Shown: positions 26,349-41,689, counted from the stretch's first letter. The stretch is DNA of 64,000 bases from Octopus sinensis (GCF_006345805.1 NC_043005.1:108128001-108192000), one strand, 5' to 3'. Numbers and translations are program-made. Notes: generated by a model not told the origin, from the letters alone.

Positions 26349-26990
26349 AAGTGCAGAATTTGTGGACAAAACGGTAAAACCGTATGGTATATTACCAGTC
26401 AATGAACGCGACTAGCCCAGAAAGAATATAAGAGACGTCATGACAATATAGCAGGAATTGTACATTGGATATTTTGCAACAAGTATGGACTTGACAGCAA
26501 AAAAGTGGTGCGAATATAAACCCGAAGGCTTCATCGAAAATGATAATGCAAAGATCCTATGGGATTTTATGATTCAGTGCGACTGTAAGATAGAGAATAG
26601 GAAACCAGACATAGTGTTAATTTAGAAAGAAAGCAAATGATGTTGGATCATATATATAGCATGCCCAGTTGACCACAAAGTATACGATAAGTAAGAAAGA
26701 AAAGTCGATAGATATGACAGGTTACCTTGAAAGGTTAAGCAGTTGTGGTCGATGAAAAAGGTGATAGAAGTACCAATAATTCTCGGAGCCCTGGGAACAG
26801 TGACTAAAAATCTTGAGAAGTACATGGAACAAATAGGGGATGCAATAAGGGTGGACCACTTGCAGAAAACAGCATTGCCTGGAACCGCTCCAATACTCCG
26901 GATGGTGCTCGAAAAATTAGGGGTGTTACCTTAGTTCACTGGTAGCGAACAGCTGACACCGTAGTACATCTCCAAGCTGTGCAAAGACAG
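26349..26990 (+). mobile_element. R4/Dong-clade LINE 3' fragment (CCHC finger plus REL endonuclease) inside (TAA)n
   Basis: KCRICG...YKRRHDN...KILWDFMIQCD.KIENRKPDIVLI...VPIILGALGTV...LQKTAL.GTA.ILR, with stop codons. Confidence 0.88.
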
Positions 26991-26992
26991 TA

Positions 26993-27039
<47 letters not shown>

Positions 27040-27080
27040 TAATAGTAGTAGTAGTAGTAGTAGTAGTGATAATAATAATA

Positions 27081-27154
<74 letters not shown>

Positions 27155-27240
27155 ATACATCTAGCAAAGATGTGAAAAAACAAACCAAGCAGCTTGTAAA
27201 CACAGTAACTAGTTTCCATTATTGCACAAAATGGATGTGT

Positions 27241-27282
<42 letters not shown>

Positions 27283-27901
27283 GGTAGGGGAAGCGAAGCA
27301 GAAAGAGAGAGAGAGAAAGAGCTGATAAGCCCTCCGGAAGTGTGCTTTGAGATTGGTGAGTCAAAGTGGTGTATCAAGAGGAAAGAGATGTTGCCAGGGT
27401 GACTGAATCAGCATTGAGCCATGGCACGAAGTGAATTATCTCCTAAGTCAATGACTCACAGCTTAAGACCAAGGATTTTCGTCTAGGAAGCTGCATTTTC
27501 TTTCTTCTCAAACAACTTTCTACTAATAAAGAATATTTAGTTACACTTGTAAGAATCTTGTTTAATATTCAATTCTATCTTTTTTTTTCTTTCAACTCTC
27601 AACCTTTACTTTTTTTTATTTCTCATTCACTCGCTGTGATCCTCTCTCTCTCTCTCTCACTCACACACCTGTCCCTTCTCTCTTTCCTTACAGAACTACA
27701 CATAACCAAGCAATCACACACATATCTATATATTAATGTATGTTTTATTTAAGATTATCAAACATCTGATAAAGTACATAATACATTCTGGTAGAATATG
27801 GGATTTAGTTTTGATAATAAAGAGTTTTACAGTGGCTTTGAAATATTTGTGGTGGTTTGCTCTGTCAGACAACAAATTTGTACAGCTGCAAATAACCTTC
27901 A

Positions 27902-28778
27902 TACGAGGTGCGTTGAAAAGGTATCCGACTTTATATTTTCCCGCTTAAATTAATGCCGCGTGGGAAAAATCCTTTTGGTGGCAAGTGACACCACCCTTCC
28001 TAGCCATGCTCAAAGATTTTCGCGTCGGCAGGTCGCGTCGATTCCCATTCGTTACGCCTGAAGTTTAGACTATAGTGCGCGCTCGTCGGATTTTCGGTTT
28101 CGCCGGACGCATCGTGCAGAGATATTGCATCAAGTTTTTGCCAAAAGCTTGGTGATACTCAAGTCTAAACCATCCAGAAGATTCAGCAGATCTTTAGCGA
28201 TAACTCAATAGGTAAAACTCAGATCAAAGTGGTACAGTCACACCTCAGTGGAGAGTGAGGCATGCTTGGGTAGGCCATCCTCAAACCAAAACGAGAAACA
28301 AATTGAGAAGGTTCGATTAAAAGTTATAGAAGACCGTCGTTCAACAATCCAAAAAATTGCTCACAAAGTGGGAATAAGCACAGGATCAGTGCATTTCTGC
28401 ACGTGGAGAGTGTCATCTCCAAGGCGCTAGCGGAGCAACGGAAGCAACTCCATATGGGAATCGCTCAAGAATTGCTGGACTATGCAGACCACAACCCTGG
28501 CTTCGTGAAGCCCATCATCACTGGTAATGAGACATGGGTTAATGGTCTCTGCTCGATGGGTAGGTCATCTTGCGTGAAACCGAAAATCCAACGAGCGCAA
28601 ATTACATGTCTGTACTCCAGGCGTAACAAACGGGATGTAACGAGGACTACTGGCACTAAAATTTTCACCCGTGCGCAGGAAGAGTAGCGACACCTCCCAC
28701 CCAAAGGACTTTGCCCACGTAGTATTAATTTAGGTGGGAAAATATAAAGTCGAATATTTTTTTAACACACTTCGAATA
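27902..28778 (+). mobile_element. second mariner derivative with ~234-bp inverted ends
   Basis: TIRs CGAGGTGCGTTGAAAAGGTATCCGAC / GTCGAATATTTTTTTAACACACTTCG. Transposase remnant runs to IITGNETWV. 28541-28774 is an inverted copy of 27904-28126. Confidence 0.85.
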
Positions 28779-29273
28779 CTTTGGTCAGTCTCGTGGGATG
28801 ATGGCAAGCAGCACAATCTGGAATAGTGTAATAATTCTTTTTACTATAGGAACAAGGCCTGGAATTTGGGGGCGGGTGACTTGGTCGATTCCATCGAATA
28901 GTCACTGAACTGAAGTAAAATTGGAGAGAAGCAAAGTTTTTTTTTTCTTATATTTGGAGTTAGGTTATTTTTATGAGTAAATAAGAGCAGGAGAAGATGT
29001 GAATAAAAGAGAAAGGGGAATAAAAAAGATGAGAAATGTAAGAGAGGTGGAAAACGAACTGGACGAAGAAAGAGTACGGAAGAAGTACGCCCTATTATAT
29101 ATATGGCAGTGGCGACATAAATGGTGCTGAATGAAATTTGTAAATCCACATCAATGTCTGAATTCACTAAACTATTTATTATTGAATGCTATATTTCATA
29201 CTGTCTCTCACACATTATCTTACTCCACTCACACATTATCATTGGTATACTATCTCCCTCTCCCTTTCTCTCC

Positions 29274-29306
<33 letters not shown>

Positions 29307-29668
29307 ACACAAACTATCTCACTCTTTCACACTCAATCTATTGCTTTCACGCTTTATAGTTAGTGTATAAGTCTTGGTTGTTGTTATAGTTATTGCTGCC
29401 GGTGAAGGTGATGGAGATGGTAATGGTATGCATTGTTTCACAGTGCAGGGCAGGGGACTGACTGAATAATCAGAGCATTGGGCTCACACAATTTTTCTTA
29501 ATCTTTACATCCTGAGTTCAAATCGTACCTAAGTCAGCTTTGTTTTTCCTCTCACAGGGCTTGATGGAACAAACTACCAGACCAGTACTGGGCTTTATGG
29601 CATCGACTAACCCCAGTCCCTCAAAATTGCTGGCCATATGCTTATATTGTTAGTAATACTGTCATAGT

Positions 29669-29945
29669 GGAGGCGCAGTGGCCTAGTGGTTAGCGCAGCG
29701 GACTCGCGGTTGTGGGATCGCGGTTTCGATTCCCGGAATTATGGGTGTTTATTAAGCGAAAACACCTAAAGCTCTTTCACCACAACTTTCTCTCATTCTT
29801 TCTTCCTGTTTCTGTTGTGCCTGTGTCCCGCTGAATTACGATAAGGGTACACGTGTCTGTGGAGTTCTCAGCCACCTAGACGTCGAGTTCCGTTGATCGG
29901 ATCAACTGGAACCCTCATCGTCGTAACCGACGGAGTGCCACGACT
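29669..29945 (+). mobile_element. tRNA-headed SINE (OR-like head, tail type 2) with 8-bp TSD
   Basis: GGAGGCGCAGTGGCCTAGTGGTTAGCGCAGCGGACTCGCGG...GGTTTCGATTCCC. CTGTCATA occurs at 29659-29666 and 29946-29953. Confidence 0.8.
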
Positions 29946-30152
29946 CTGTCATAATTCCACACACTTCATTGTAGGTTTCTTTCCTCTTCTTTTTGACTGC
30001 TTTTATTGTTAAGGTGGCAAACTGGCAGAATTGTTAGCATGCTGGACAAACGCTTAACAAAGTTCAAATTCTACCAAGGTCGACTTCGCTTTTCCTCCTT
30101 TCGGAAATCGATGTAATCAACTAGGAGAAAGGATTATTACTGCTGTTGCTAA

Positions 30153-30736
30153 GGCGGCGAGCTGGCAGAATCGTTAGCACGCCAGGCGAAATGCTCAGCG
30201 GTATTTCGTCTGCCGCTACGTTCTGAGTTCAAATTCCGCCGAGGTCGACTTTGCCTTTCATCCTTTCGGGGTCTATAAATTAAGTACCAGTTACGCACTG
30301 GAGTCGATAAAATCGACTTAATCCGTTTATCTGTCCTTGTTTGTCCTCTCTGTGCTTAGCCCCTTGTGGGTAGTAAAGAAATAGGTATTTCGCCTGCCGC
30401 TACGTTCTGAGTTCAAATTCCACCGAGGTCGACCTTGCTCTTCATCTTTTAGGGTCGATTAAATAAGTTACCAGTTACGCACTGGGGTCGATATAATCGA
30501 CTTAATCCGTTTGTCTATCTTTGTTTGTCTCCTCTGTGTGTATCCCATTGTGGGAAGTAAAGAAATAGGTATTTCGTCTGCCGTTACGTTCTGAGTTCAA
30601 ATTCCACCGGGGTTGACTTTGCCTTTCGTCCATTCAGGGTCGATAAATTAAGTACCAGTTGCGTGACGGGGTCGATCTAATCGACTGGCCCCTACCCCCT
30701 AATTTCAAGCCTTGTGCCTATAATAGAAAGGATTAT
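30153..30736 (+). mobile_element. SINE of the 6756 family, trimeric (184-bp period)
   Basis: One head; bodies start at ~30200, 30384 and 30568; the first two end in tail A and the third in tail B. Confidence 0.88.
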
Positions 30737-31121
30737 GACTGTTGCTGCTATTGTTCTCTCCCAAATAACTCCTGAATGAATAGTATTATCACCAACGACA
30801 CTCTAACTATGACCATCCTGTGGTTTACCAAAGTGAACCCAGAACCGCAATATTCAAGGGTGGGGTATGAGTTAAGAGATTCTACTGCTATTTCTAGCAG
30901 GTTGAGTTATTTCTCACATACTAGCTCCTTCCATGGGTATAGTAACTGCTTAGCATTGTTGTTGTTGTTGTGTGCATGTGTGGTAATGGTTTATTGTTGT
31001 TGTGATTCTTGTTTTCTTTGATTTTCTTTTTCTTCGACAGAAGTATTAATAGCGTTAATATTACTGTAGAGTTTATATTATTTCATAAACACCACAAACA
31101 CAAAGAAATAAACACACATTC

Positions 31122-31592
31122 ACACACACACACACACACGTGTGTGTGTATGAGTATATATTGTCAGTGAGGGTGCCTTACATTTTGACAGACCAGAGTA
31201 GAATCAATATATAAGTCTCTGTGTACGTATATGCATGTGTAATATGGGTATGTATATGGGTGTGTGTATGTATATCTATATGTATGTATATATGCATGTA
31301 TTTATATGCATGTTAATAGATATAATATCTATGTATATATTCATTCAGTGACACACACACACACACACACACACGTGTGTGTGTATGAGTATATATTGTC
31401 AGTGAGGGTGCCTTACATTTTGACAGACCAGAGTAGAATCAATATATAAGTCTCTGTGTACGTATATGCATGTGTAATATGGGTATGTATATGGGTGTGT
31501 GTATGTATATCTATATGTATGTATATATGCATGTATTTATATGCATGTTAATAGATATAAATATCTATGTATATATTCATTCAGTGACACAC
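31122..31592. repeat. perfect tandem duplication, 235-bp period, bounded by (CA)n
   Basis: 31139 onward equals 31374 onward with no difference seen by eye. Confidence 0.9.
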
Positions 31593-31859
31593 CACACACA
31601 CACACACACACATAACACACATTCATTTACGCAGTTATTTTTTTTTATGTTCTTATTGTTTCAGTTAGCTGGCGTTTTAATATTTTTGCTTGATTATTTA
31701 TTATATTTTTTATTTCCTTTTTCAATTTTTGCTTTTTCCCTTGATTCCATGGGTGGGCGGAGAATCGGTGATTCCACAATGAATAGCAGGGTTCCAAATT
31801 TGCTTTTGTAGTTCTGCATTAGTTTCCAAGCGAAAGGTATTTTGTTGATAAGAAAATGC

Positions 31860-34350
<2,491 letters not shown>

Positions 34351-34466
34351 ATCATTATTATTACTATTATTATTAAATAGATGTATGTGGATGTGTTGTT
34401 ATAGGTACGTATATGTGCATTACATAGATGTATATATGTATGAGTGTGTGGTTGTGTTTCTGTGCT

Positions 34467-34499
<33 letters not shown>

Positions 34500-34859
34500 T
34501 TGTGTGTGTGTGAGTGTGTGTATCTGTGTGCGCAGTTTTTAATTTGGAATTCTACAAATACTTTTTTATTCTATATTGTTGTGTTGTTGTGTTGTTGTTG
34601 TTGTTGTTGTTCTTTCTCTTCCCCACTCTCTTAAGAATTCTTTTAGATTAAACATGAATAACTGCTTTGTTCATGATACCATTTAATGTGTATAACTGGT
34701 AATAGTGGAATGGAAACATGGCACAATAACTAAGAATTATCTTTTACTCGAAAGCCTACTGGTCAGTAAATAATATTTGTGACAGATGGAACAGCCTACA
34801 ACGTTGTTTATGATTCTAACATGAAGCTATATATATATTTGTGAGTGTTTATATGTATA

Positions 34860-34907
<48 letters not shown>

Positions 34908-35046
34908 ATGTATATATTCGTGCATTTATATATGCATATATATATACATATATATGTATGTATGTATATGTATATATTCGTGCATTTATATATGCATATA
35001 TATACATATATATGTATATATGAATATATATATTCATATAAATATA

Positions 35047-35108
<62 letters not shown>

Positions 35109-35457
35109 TAGATATTAATATGCATTTATATATGTGTGTGTATATATATGTATATATATATTTTTATGAACATATATATATAAATATATATATGAATACA
35201 CACACACATATATATATATATAAATACGTATGCGAATGTATATATATACATATATATAGGATTCATTAAAGACACAACAGTTTTACAGTTGTATCTTTTT
35301 TATTACAGAGTTTTCATATTTCCATATCAGTTTTTATGATTACATATGTATTAATGCAAACACACACATGCACCCATGTACATACAAAAATACATATATA
35401 CACACATACATACATAAATATATATATACATATATATATTTTATACATATATATATA

Positions 35458-35517
<60 letters not shown>

Positions 35518-35878
35518 ATATATGTATATATACATATATATATATAATATATGTGTATGTATGCAAGTATGTGTGTGTGTCTGTACATGCGTTCCTGTGT
35601 AGTAGTCTATGTATACCTTTGTACATAAAATAACTTTCCAAATGCAGAAAAAGACAAAATATTTGTTTATTAGGATATTTTTGCTCAATGACACTTATTT
35701 ACTGTGGAATGTAACCACGCTTTTGTGTGATGTGGATTATTGCGAGAAAAATATCGTTCCTTTTTAAATCCCCAAAACGAGGGTTTTGAGCAAAAATAAT
35801 CGAATAGTTAAGGTATTTATTGATTGGTCTGTCAGTACCTGATATAATAGGAGTTCAATGTCAATGCATATTCTTTCA

Positions 35879-35937
35879 GTTTTTCCGCTATATTCATTCA
35901 TGTGGACCTGCTGAAGCATTACACTACGTTAGACCCG
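35879..35937 (+). CDS. weak candidate exon (xFSAIFIHVDLLKHYTTLDP or FFRYIHSCGPAEALHYVRP)
   Basis: Acceptor ATTCTTTCAG, weak donor CCG|GTACTT, two open frames, unique sequence. No homolog recognised. Confidence 0.18.
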
Positions 35938-36451
35938 GTACTTCGTTATCAACATGAAATACATGAGAAGAAAAAATGAAAATAGACCTGAATACAACAA
36001 CAACTCTTAACTTAAAATGTTGCTTTAAGTATAAAATGAGTTTACCTATTTTTAAATATCAAGCTAGCTTATACAGATAGCAAATGAACAAATTAACTTC
36101 CCAGATCATCTATTTTATATGCTTAGATATGAAACTTCGAGTTACAGTGTATTACAGGAATGCATAGGATTATGCATAAACACACACGCCCCCACAAACA
36201 TATACATTTATATATATATATTTATATATATGTATGTATATATATGTGTACACACAGAAAATTATTAATATTAATGGATATAATATAACATGGACCATAT
36301 ATATGTATGTGTATCTCTCTTCATGTAAGTCTATATATATCAAAAGAGAAAAGAGGAATGCAGAATACATTTTATATGCAAGATTAACGAAAACGGAATA
36401 AAAACAGAATACAACCATTTACATTTATTCTTCTATTTCCCTATCTATCTG

Positions 36452-36515
<64 letters not shown>

Positions 36516-36968
36516 CTCTGACTTCTAATGTACACCAGATTAATTCCTGGAGATTTTGTTAAAGAAATAGCTTTTGCAAGCATGTTCTTCTCTGATTTTA
36601 ATCTAAAGTGTTTCTTCCCTCATTTGTTGTTTATGTTGTTGATTTTCTTGTAGTGTTTTCTCTCTTCTTCACTACTTAATCCCATTTTTTTTCATTCATT
36701 TACATCACCCCCAACTCAGTATAATTTATACTTTATATATATAACATATTTTTTCTTTTTCTGCTGTTTTTTTCATTAGATTTTTTATTTATTTACTTCC
36801 ACATCAAATTATTTTATTTAATTTGTTACAAGGAAATCATATTTCACAGAACACATGCATATATATATACATATATATATATCTATATATATATGACAGA
36901 TGTTGTATATATCATCTATGATATAGATGATATATGCACACACATTTATATGTATGTATATATATATC

Positions 36969-37006
<38 letters not shown>

Positions 37007-37345
37007 ATGTTTGTATATATGTATTTATATACTTATATAGATAGATGAGTGCATATATATACCTGCAGACATGGGTATACCACAAATACTAAGGTTAATG
37101 CGTGCAGTTGAAAACAACATATGTAATTATATAAATTCATGTAAAACTATTGACTGGTATCTCTACTTTGAAATAAATTAAGTTCGTGTCATCCAAAATA
37201 CGTTACGGGGAAAAGCATATGCAAATCGGAATATATATATATATACATGTGTGTGTGTATATATGCATATATATATATATATATGTGTATATATATATAT
37301 ATATGTGTATATATATATATATATATACATGTGTGTGTGTATATA

Positions 37346-37384
<39 letters not shown>

Positions 37385-37994
37385 GTGTGTGTGTGTGTGG
37401 TGTGTGTGTGTGTGTGTGTGTATCAGCAGATGAAAATAAATGCATTTGATGCAGTTTGTTTCATAAGTTCATCCACCTGCAACAGCATATGTGCAACAAA
37501 TATTAAGATTTTTGCTGTTTTAATTATTTTAAAGGGAATGTTTATGTTCATTTTTATTTTCTCTCTTCCGTACATTATCTATAGCAGCTGAGTTTATGTC
37601 TATGTTGCCTTCCAACTTATGTGGTTGCCTTTATATTTGGTTTAGAATACATTGAGAAGTATTCTCCAGTCTCAAACACATCCTAAAAATGTTATTGAGC
37701 TGAGACGAATCTTGTTCTTCAGCTTATGATTTCTTCTTCTTGCAATCTTATTTAATGTCTGTATTTTTGTTACTTTAAATTTAAAACGATTTCTTTATGG
37801 AAGCGCTCATCGTGGGAGACAGAAAATTCAGGTATAACCGTGTGGTATTTTGCTTCCTGACCACATATATATAAGATTATTATGTAAAGCTAGGGGCTTT
37901 TATAAATAAGGCAGTAATTTATAAAGCTGTGGGAGATAATGTTTGGGGATAATATATATATATATATATATGTAAATATATACATATATATATA

Positions 37995-38207
37995 GTCTAT
38001 GTGTGTTTGTCCACCACCACCACTATCTAACAAACAGTGTTGGTGTGTTTATATTCCTGTAACTTAGCAGTTTATCAAATGAGGTCGATGGAATTAGTAC
38101 CAGGCTTAACAAAACTATTAAGTACCATGGTCAATTCATACAAACTAAAAACCCTTCAAGTTGGTGCCCCAGCATGGCCACAGTCAAATGACTAAAATAA
38201 GTAAAAG
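37995..38207 (+). mobile_element. OK-like SINE 3' half, diverged
   Basis: GTGTTGGTGTGTTTAT...GGTGCCCCAGCATGGCCACAGTCAAATGACT.AAATAAGTAAAAG. Confidence 0.7.
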
Positions 38208-39044
38208 CTCATAGATTCCTGTTATATATTCTAGATATCCACAGCTATAAAAATATATTGAACGATTGCTGCTAGTGGCCTTTATCATCAGGTTGCAATT
38301 AAAGAGGGCAGTAATTTGGCAAAATCATTAGAATATTGGGCAAAACGCCTAACCCTTATTATTTACAGTCTTTTATTTTCTCTGTCCAAATCCAACTGTG
38401 TCAACTTTGCCTTAATCCTTCTGGAGTTGATAAAATATACACAAATCAAAAACTGGAATCATCTAATTAACTATACGATTTCCTCCAAATTTTTATTCTA
38501 ACTCTATAAGAAATTAGTGTTTGTTCACCAAATAATTGTTTTAGTCATTCAGTTCCAAAACAATTTTGTTTCTTTAATATTTATGAATTTCATCAAGATA
38601 ATCACTGTTTTCAATAATTTATTTCAATTTGGCACAATATCAGATGACTGCACCAAGATCTGCACTTTTCCCTACAGCCCTAAAATAATGGATTTTATAT
38701 TGTTTTTAAAACTTTTTGATCATTCACCAAAATATGTCATTATTTCCTTACCCTTCATACATACTCTCGCCTCCCCTACACACCAACACAACCACACACC
38801 AACACCACCACATCCCAACACCACAACACACACCACCATACCACATCACACCACCCCACACACATTAGCACTGACCACTTCCCAGCACCTACACCATCAT
38901 CCACACACCTACACATGCATACACGCACACGTCAAGATCACCAGCCCCCTTCCACACGCACATACATACGCATGTGCTCCTTCGTTTTGGGATCACCACT
39001 ACTTTATCTCCCCTTTTTCCTATCTTTCTTGTGTGATCCTTCTG

Positions 39045-39245
39045 TCGGGTATTCGGCATGATAGATCGCTAGCCACTAAACCTTTTTCTATTTTCTATCC
39101 CTGTTTATTTCTGTGTTCCTTTCTGTTGAAGAGTGTAGGCTCAAAACGTAAAAGACCTTCTCACTTCCTGAGCATTAAACTAATATCTGTTTGTTGTTTT
39201 CACACCCGTCTTCATCTTTTTTTTTTTGTAAATTCTCACTACGTA
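39045..39245 (+). mobile_element. Penelope-like pseudo-LTR fragment with degenerate hammerhead motif
   Basis: CTTT CTGTTGA A GAGT GTAG GCTC AAAA CGT A AAAG at 39119-39154. Homologous to 49735-49935 and 23985-24062. Confidence 0.55.
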
Positions 39246-39681
39246 CGGACGTTCATACATACATACATACATACAGGTCAGCCGCCCAGCAAATATAAAT
39301 ATCTCTTTGAAAATCAAGTAAAAAGAGGATATCTATGGACAATTACTTCAAAACCTCCAGCTTCTATATCCAGACTATGAATTCATATTCATGCCAATAA
39401 TAAATGGAGCACTACGTTTTGTCAGTAAATGCTTAAAGGAGAATATGGATAACTGGGATTCTCAGAAAGAGAAACTGACCAGCTGATTCATATATTACAA
39501 ATGCAATCAGTGAGTGGAACAGTAAAAGTATTCAAGACTTTTCTCAAGTTCCAAATGTTATTTTGTTTGTATTAACTACATCCCAAAGTTGGAGCCTTGT
39601 ATCTTTGTTGGAAACTGGCTCCCTCCTCAGGGGAAGATTTATAATAATTAAAAAAATAGAACAAACATACATACACATATA

Positions 39682-39819
39682 TCATCATCATCATTTAATG
39701 TCTGTCTGCCATGCATGCACAGGTAGGATGGTTGACAGTAGCTGGCCAAGCAAAAGACTAACCTGGGTGCTGTGTCTGTTTTGGCAGGGTTTTTTTACAG
39801 CTGGATGCCCTTCCTAATA
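39682..39819 (-). mobile_element. RTE 3' UTR tip with (ATG)n tail
   Basis: CATCATCATTTAATGTC...GCTGGATGCCCTTCCTAA. Confidence 0.6.
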
Positions 39820-40142
39820 CTAATGATTTTCAGATATTTTATGGGTAGTATAGTTAGAAGAATGCAAGTTATAATGATGACAATAGAAATAACATTATAC
39901 ACGTGCAGGAAGATGATGGTACAGAAACTTTACAGCATTAGACAAGCTGGAGGTGGGGGATTTTTCTGGATAAATGAGGAATAAAATGTTCTTTGCAGTG
40001 AATTGTTTTGTATCAACAATTTAAGATTAGTCAGAAACTTTGAAGGTATATAGAATTTACTTTATTTATACAGAGGTGTTAAAGGTTTTTAGAATTTACT
40101 AAGGAAATAAAATAAAATACTGTTGACCCTTTTCATCTTTAG

Positions 40143-40163
<21 letters not shown>

Positions 40164-40175
<12 letters not shown>

Positions 40176-41672
40176 ATAAATATTAGGGAATATATCCAAA
40201 TTTACAGGGGAAAAAATCAGATTTAGGATTAAATCCAATTTTATAGTAAAATATTATAAAATATTATTTGAGACAAAACCACTATTTTGCAAAACAAACA
40301 AGGAAAGACTTAATCAATACATAAAATTTAATAAATAGTCAAAAAAACCGCCACTACAATCGTATGAGTGTGGGTGTAAATATTGTTGTATATATCGAGT
40401 TTTAGTGAGTATGTATATGCGTATATGTGAGGGAGCATATGTATCTGTTGTGTGTGTGTGTTTTGAGTGTGTGTGTGTTTGTGTGTGAATGTGTATTTGG
40501 GTTTGTTATTTAGGATTTGGGATGTATGTGTTAATTTGTCTGTCTGGGGAGGGAGTGGTTTTTGGTGTATATTGAGGTTTATAAGTTAGTATAGGTTTGT
40601 GTATAAGTCTTGGGTCTGTGGTTTACGTGTGGGTTTTTTGTGTGTGAATGTTTAGGTTAGGGGGATTGCTATATAAGTTTGTTATAGGTTTTTAAAGGGA
40701 GATTTTATCGTTATATACTTTTATGAGTTTTGGTTTATCATGGTTTTCTTAGGTAATTCGTGGTATTTTGTCTATTTTAGGTGTTGGTTATTTTTTTACA
40801 TTGTTTCATTCATAATTTTTGAGTGGTGTTCGTTTTGCCACGTGAAAACCGGGTGGTGGACTAGCGTTATTGGAATGTGAATGGAATAGTGTAGTAGTGA
40901 GGTAGGCATAGAGAATGGGATTGGGTTACTGCAAGTTGTGTGTTATTAGAGATGCTAAGGTGAGTTAAAGCTCATAAATGTAAAAATGTATATAATGTTT
41001 TTTGTGGTGTGTAAGTATTGTTGTATATGTCGAATTTAGTGAGTATGTATAGGCGTATATGTGAGGGAGTATATGTATTGTTGTGTGTGAGTGTTTTGCG
41101 TGTGAGTGTGTGTTTGTGTGTGTGAATGTGTATATGGGTTTGTTATTTAGGTTTTGGGATGTATGTGTTAATTTGTCTGTGTGGGGAGGGAGTGGGTTTT
41201 GGTGTATATTGAGGTGTTATAAGTTAGTATAGGTATGTGTATATAAGTCGTGAGTCTGTGGTTTACGTGTGTGTATTTGTGTGTGTGATGTTTAGGTTAG
41301 GGGGGGGTTTACTTTATAGGTTTGTTATAGAGTTTAGCAAAGGAGATTTTATCTTATATGTTTAAGAGTTTTGTTTTATCATGGTTTTTTAGGGAATCGT
41401 GGTAATTAGTCTATATTTTCGATATGAATATATAGGTTATATATGGATTATATACTTATATTTTTCATTTATACTTTAATTATTTAAAAGTATTATTTTT
41501 ATATTTTAAAATTTTGATTTTTTAGATTGGAAGTCCACTGAAGATTGTCGATCAAGACAAGAAACGATTGTAGTGGCGGTTTTTTTGACTATTTATTAAA
41601 TTTTATGTATTGATTAAGTCTTTCCTTGTTTGTTTTGCAAAATAGTGGTTTTGTCTCAAATAATATTTTATA
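40164..41672 (+). mobile_element. Penelope-like non-coding remnant: inverted pLTR piece, two GT-rich direct repeats, hammerhead, pLTR tail, inside (TA)n
   Basis: Perfect inverted arms 40255-40363 / 41564-41672. Direct repeats ~40374-40785 and ~41009-41425. Hammerhead core at 41538-41572. Confidence 0.65.
41535..41576 (+). ncRNA. type I minimal hammerhead ribozyme motif
   Basis: CCA CTGAAGA TTGTC-GATCAA-GACAA GAAA C-GATT-G TA G TGG: canonical CUGANGA and GAAA, 5-bp stem II, minimal stem III, GUA triplet. Stem I has a 1-nt offset. Confidence 0.7.
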
Positions 41673-41689
41673 TATGTATATATATATAT

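Noticed and set aside
29669-29745. tRNA-like sequences here and at 6400-6454 and 55267-55340
   Set aside because: No complete cloverleaf, and they continue into repeat bodies, so they are SINE heads and not tRNA genes.
30200-30736. Regularly spaced repeats that might suggest a CRISPR-like array
   Set aside because: The units are whole homologous SINE bodies with no unique spacers, there are no cas genes, and the context is eukaryotic.
38517-39380. 287-aa plus-strand ORF
   Set aside because: It stitches together AT-rich DNA, a CA-rich low-complexity tract and a pLTR fragment, with no domain signature.
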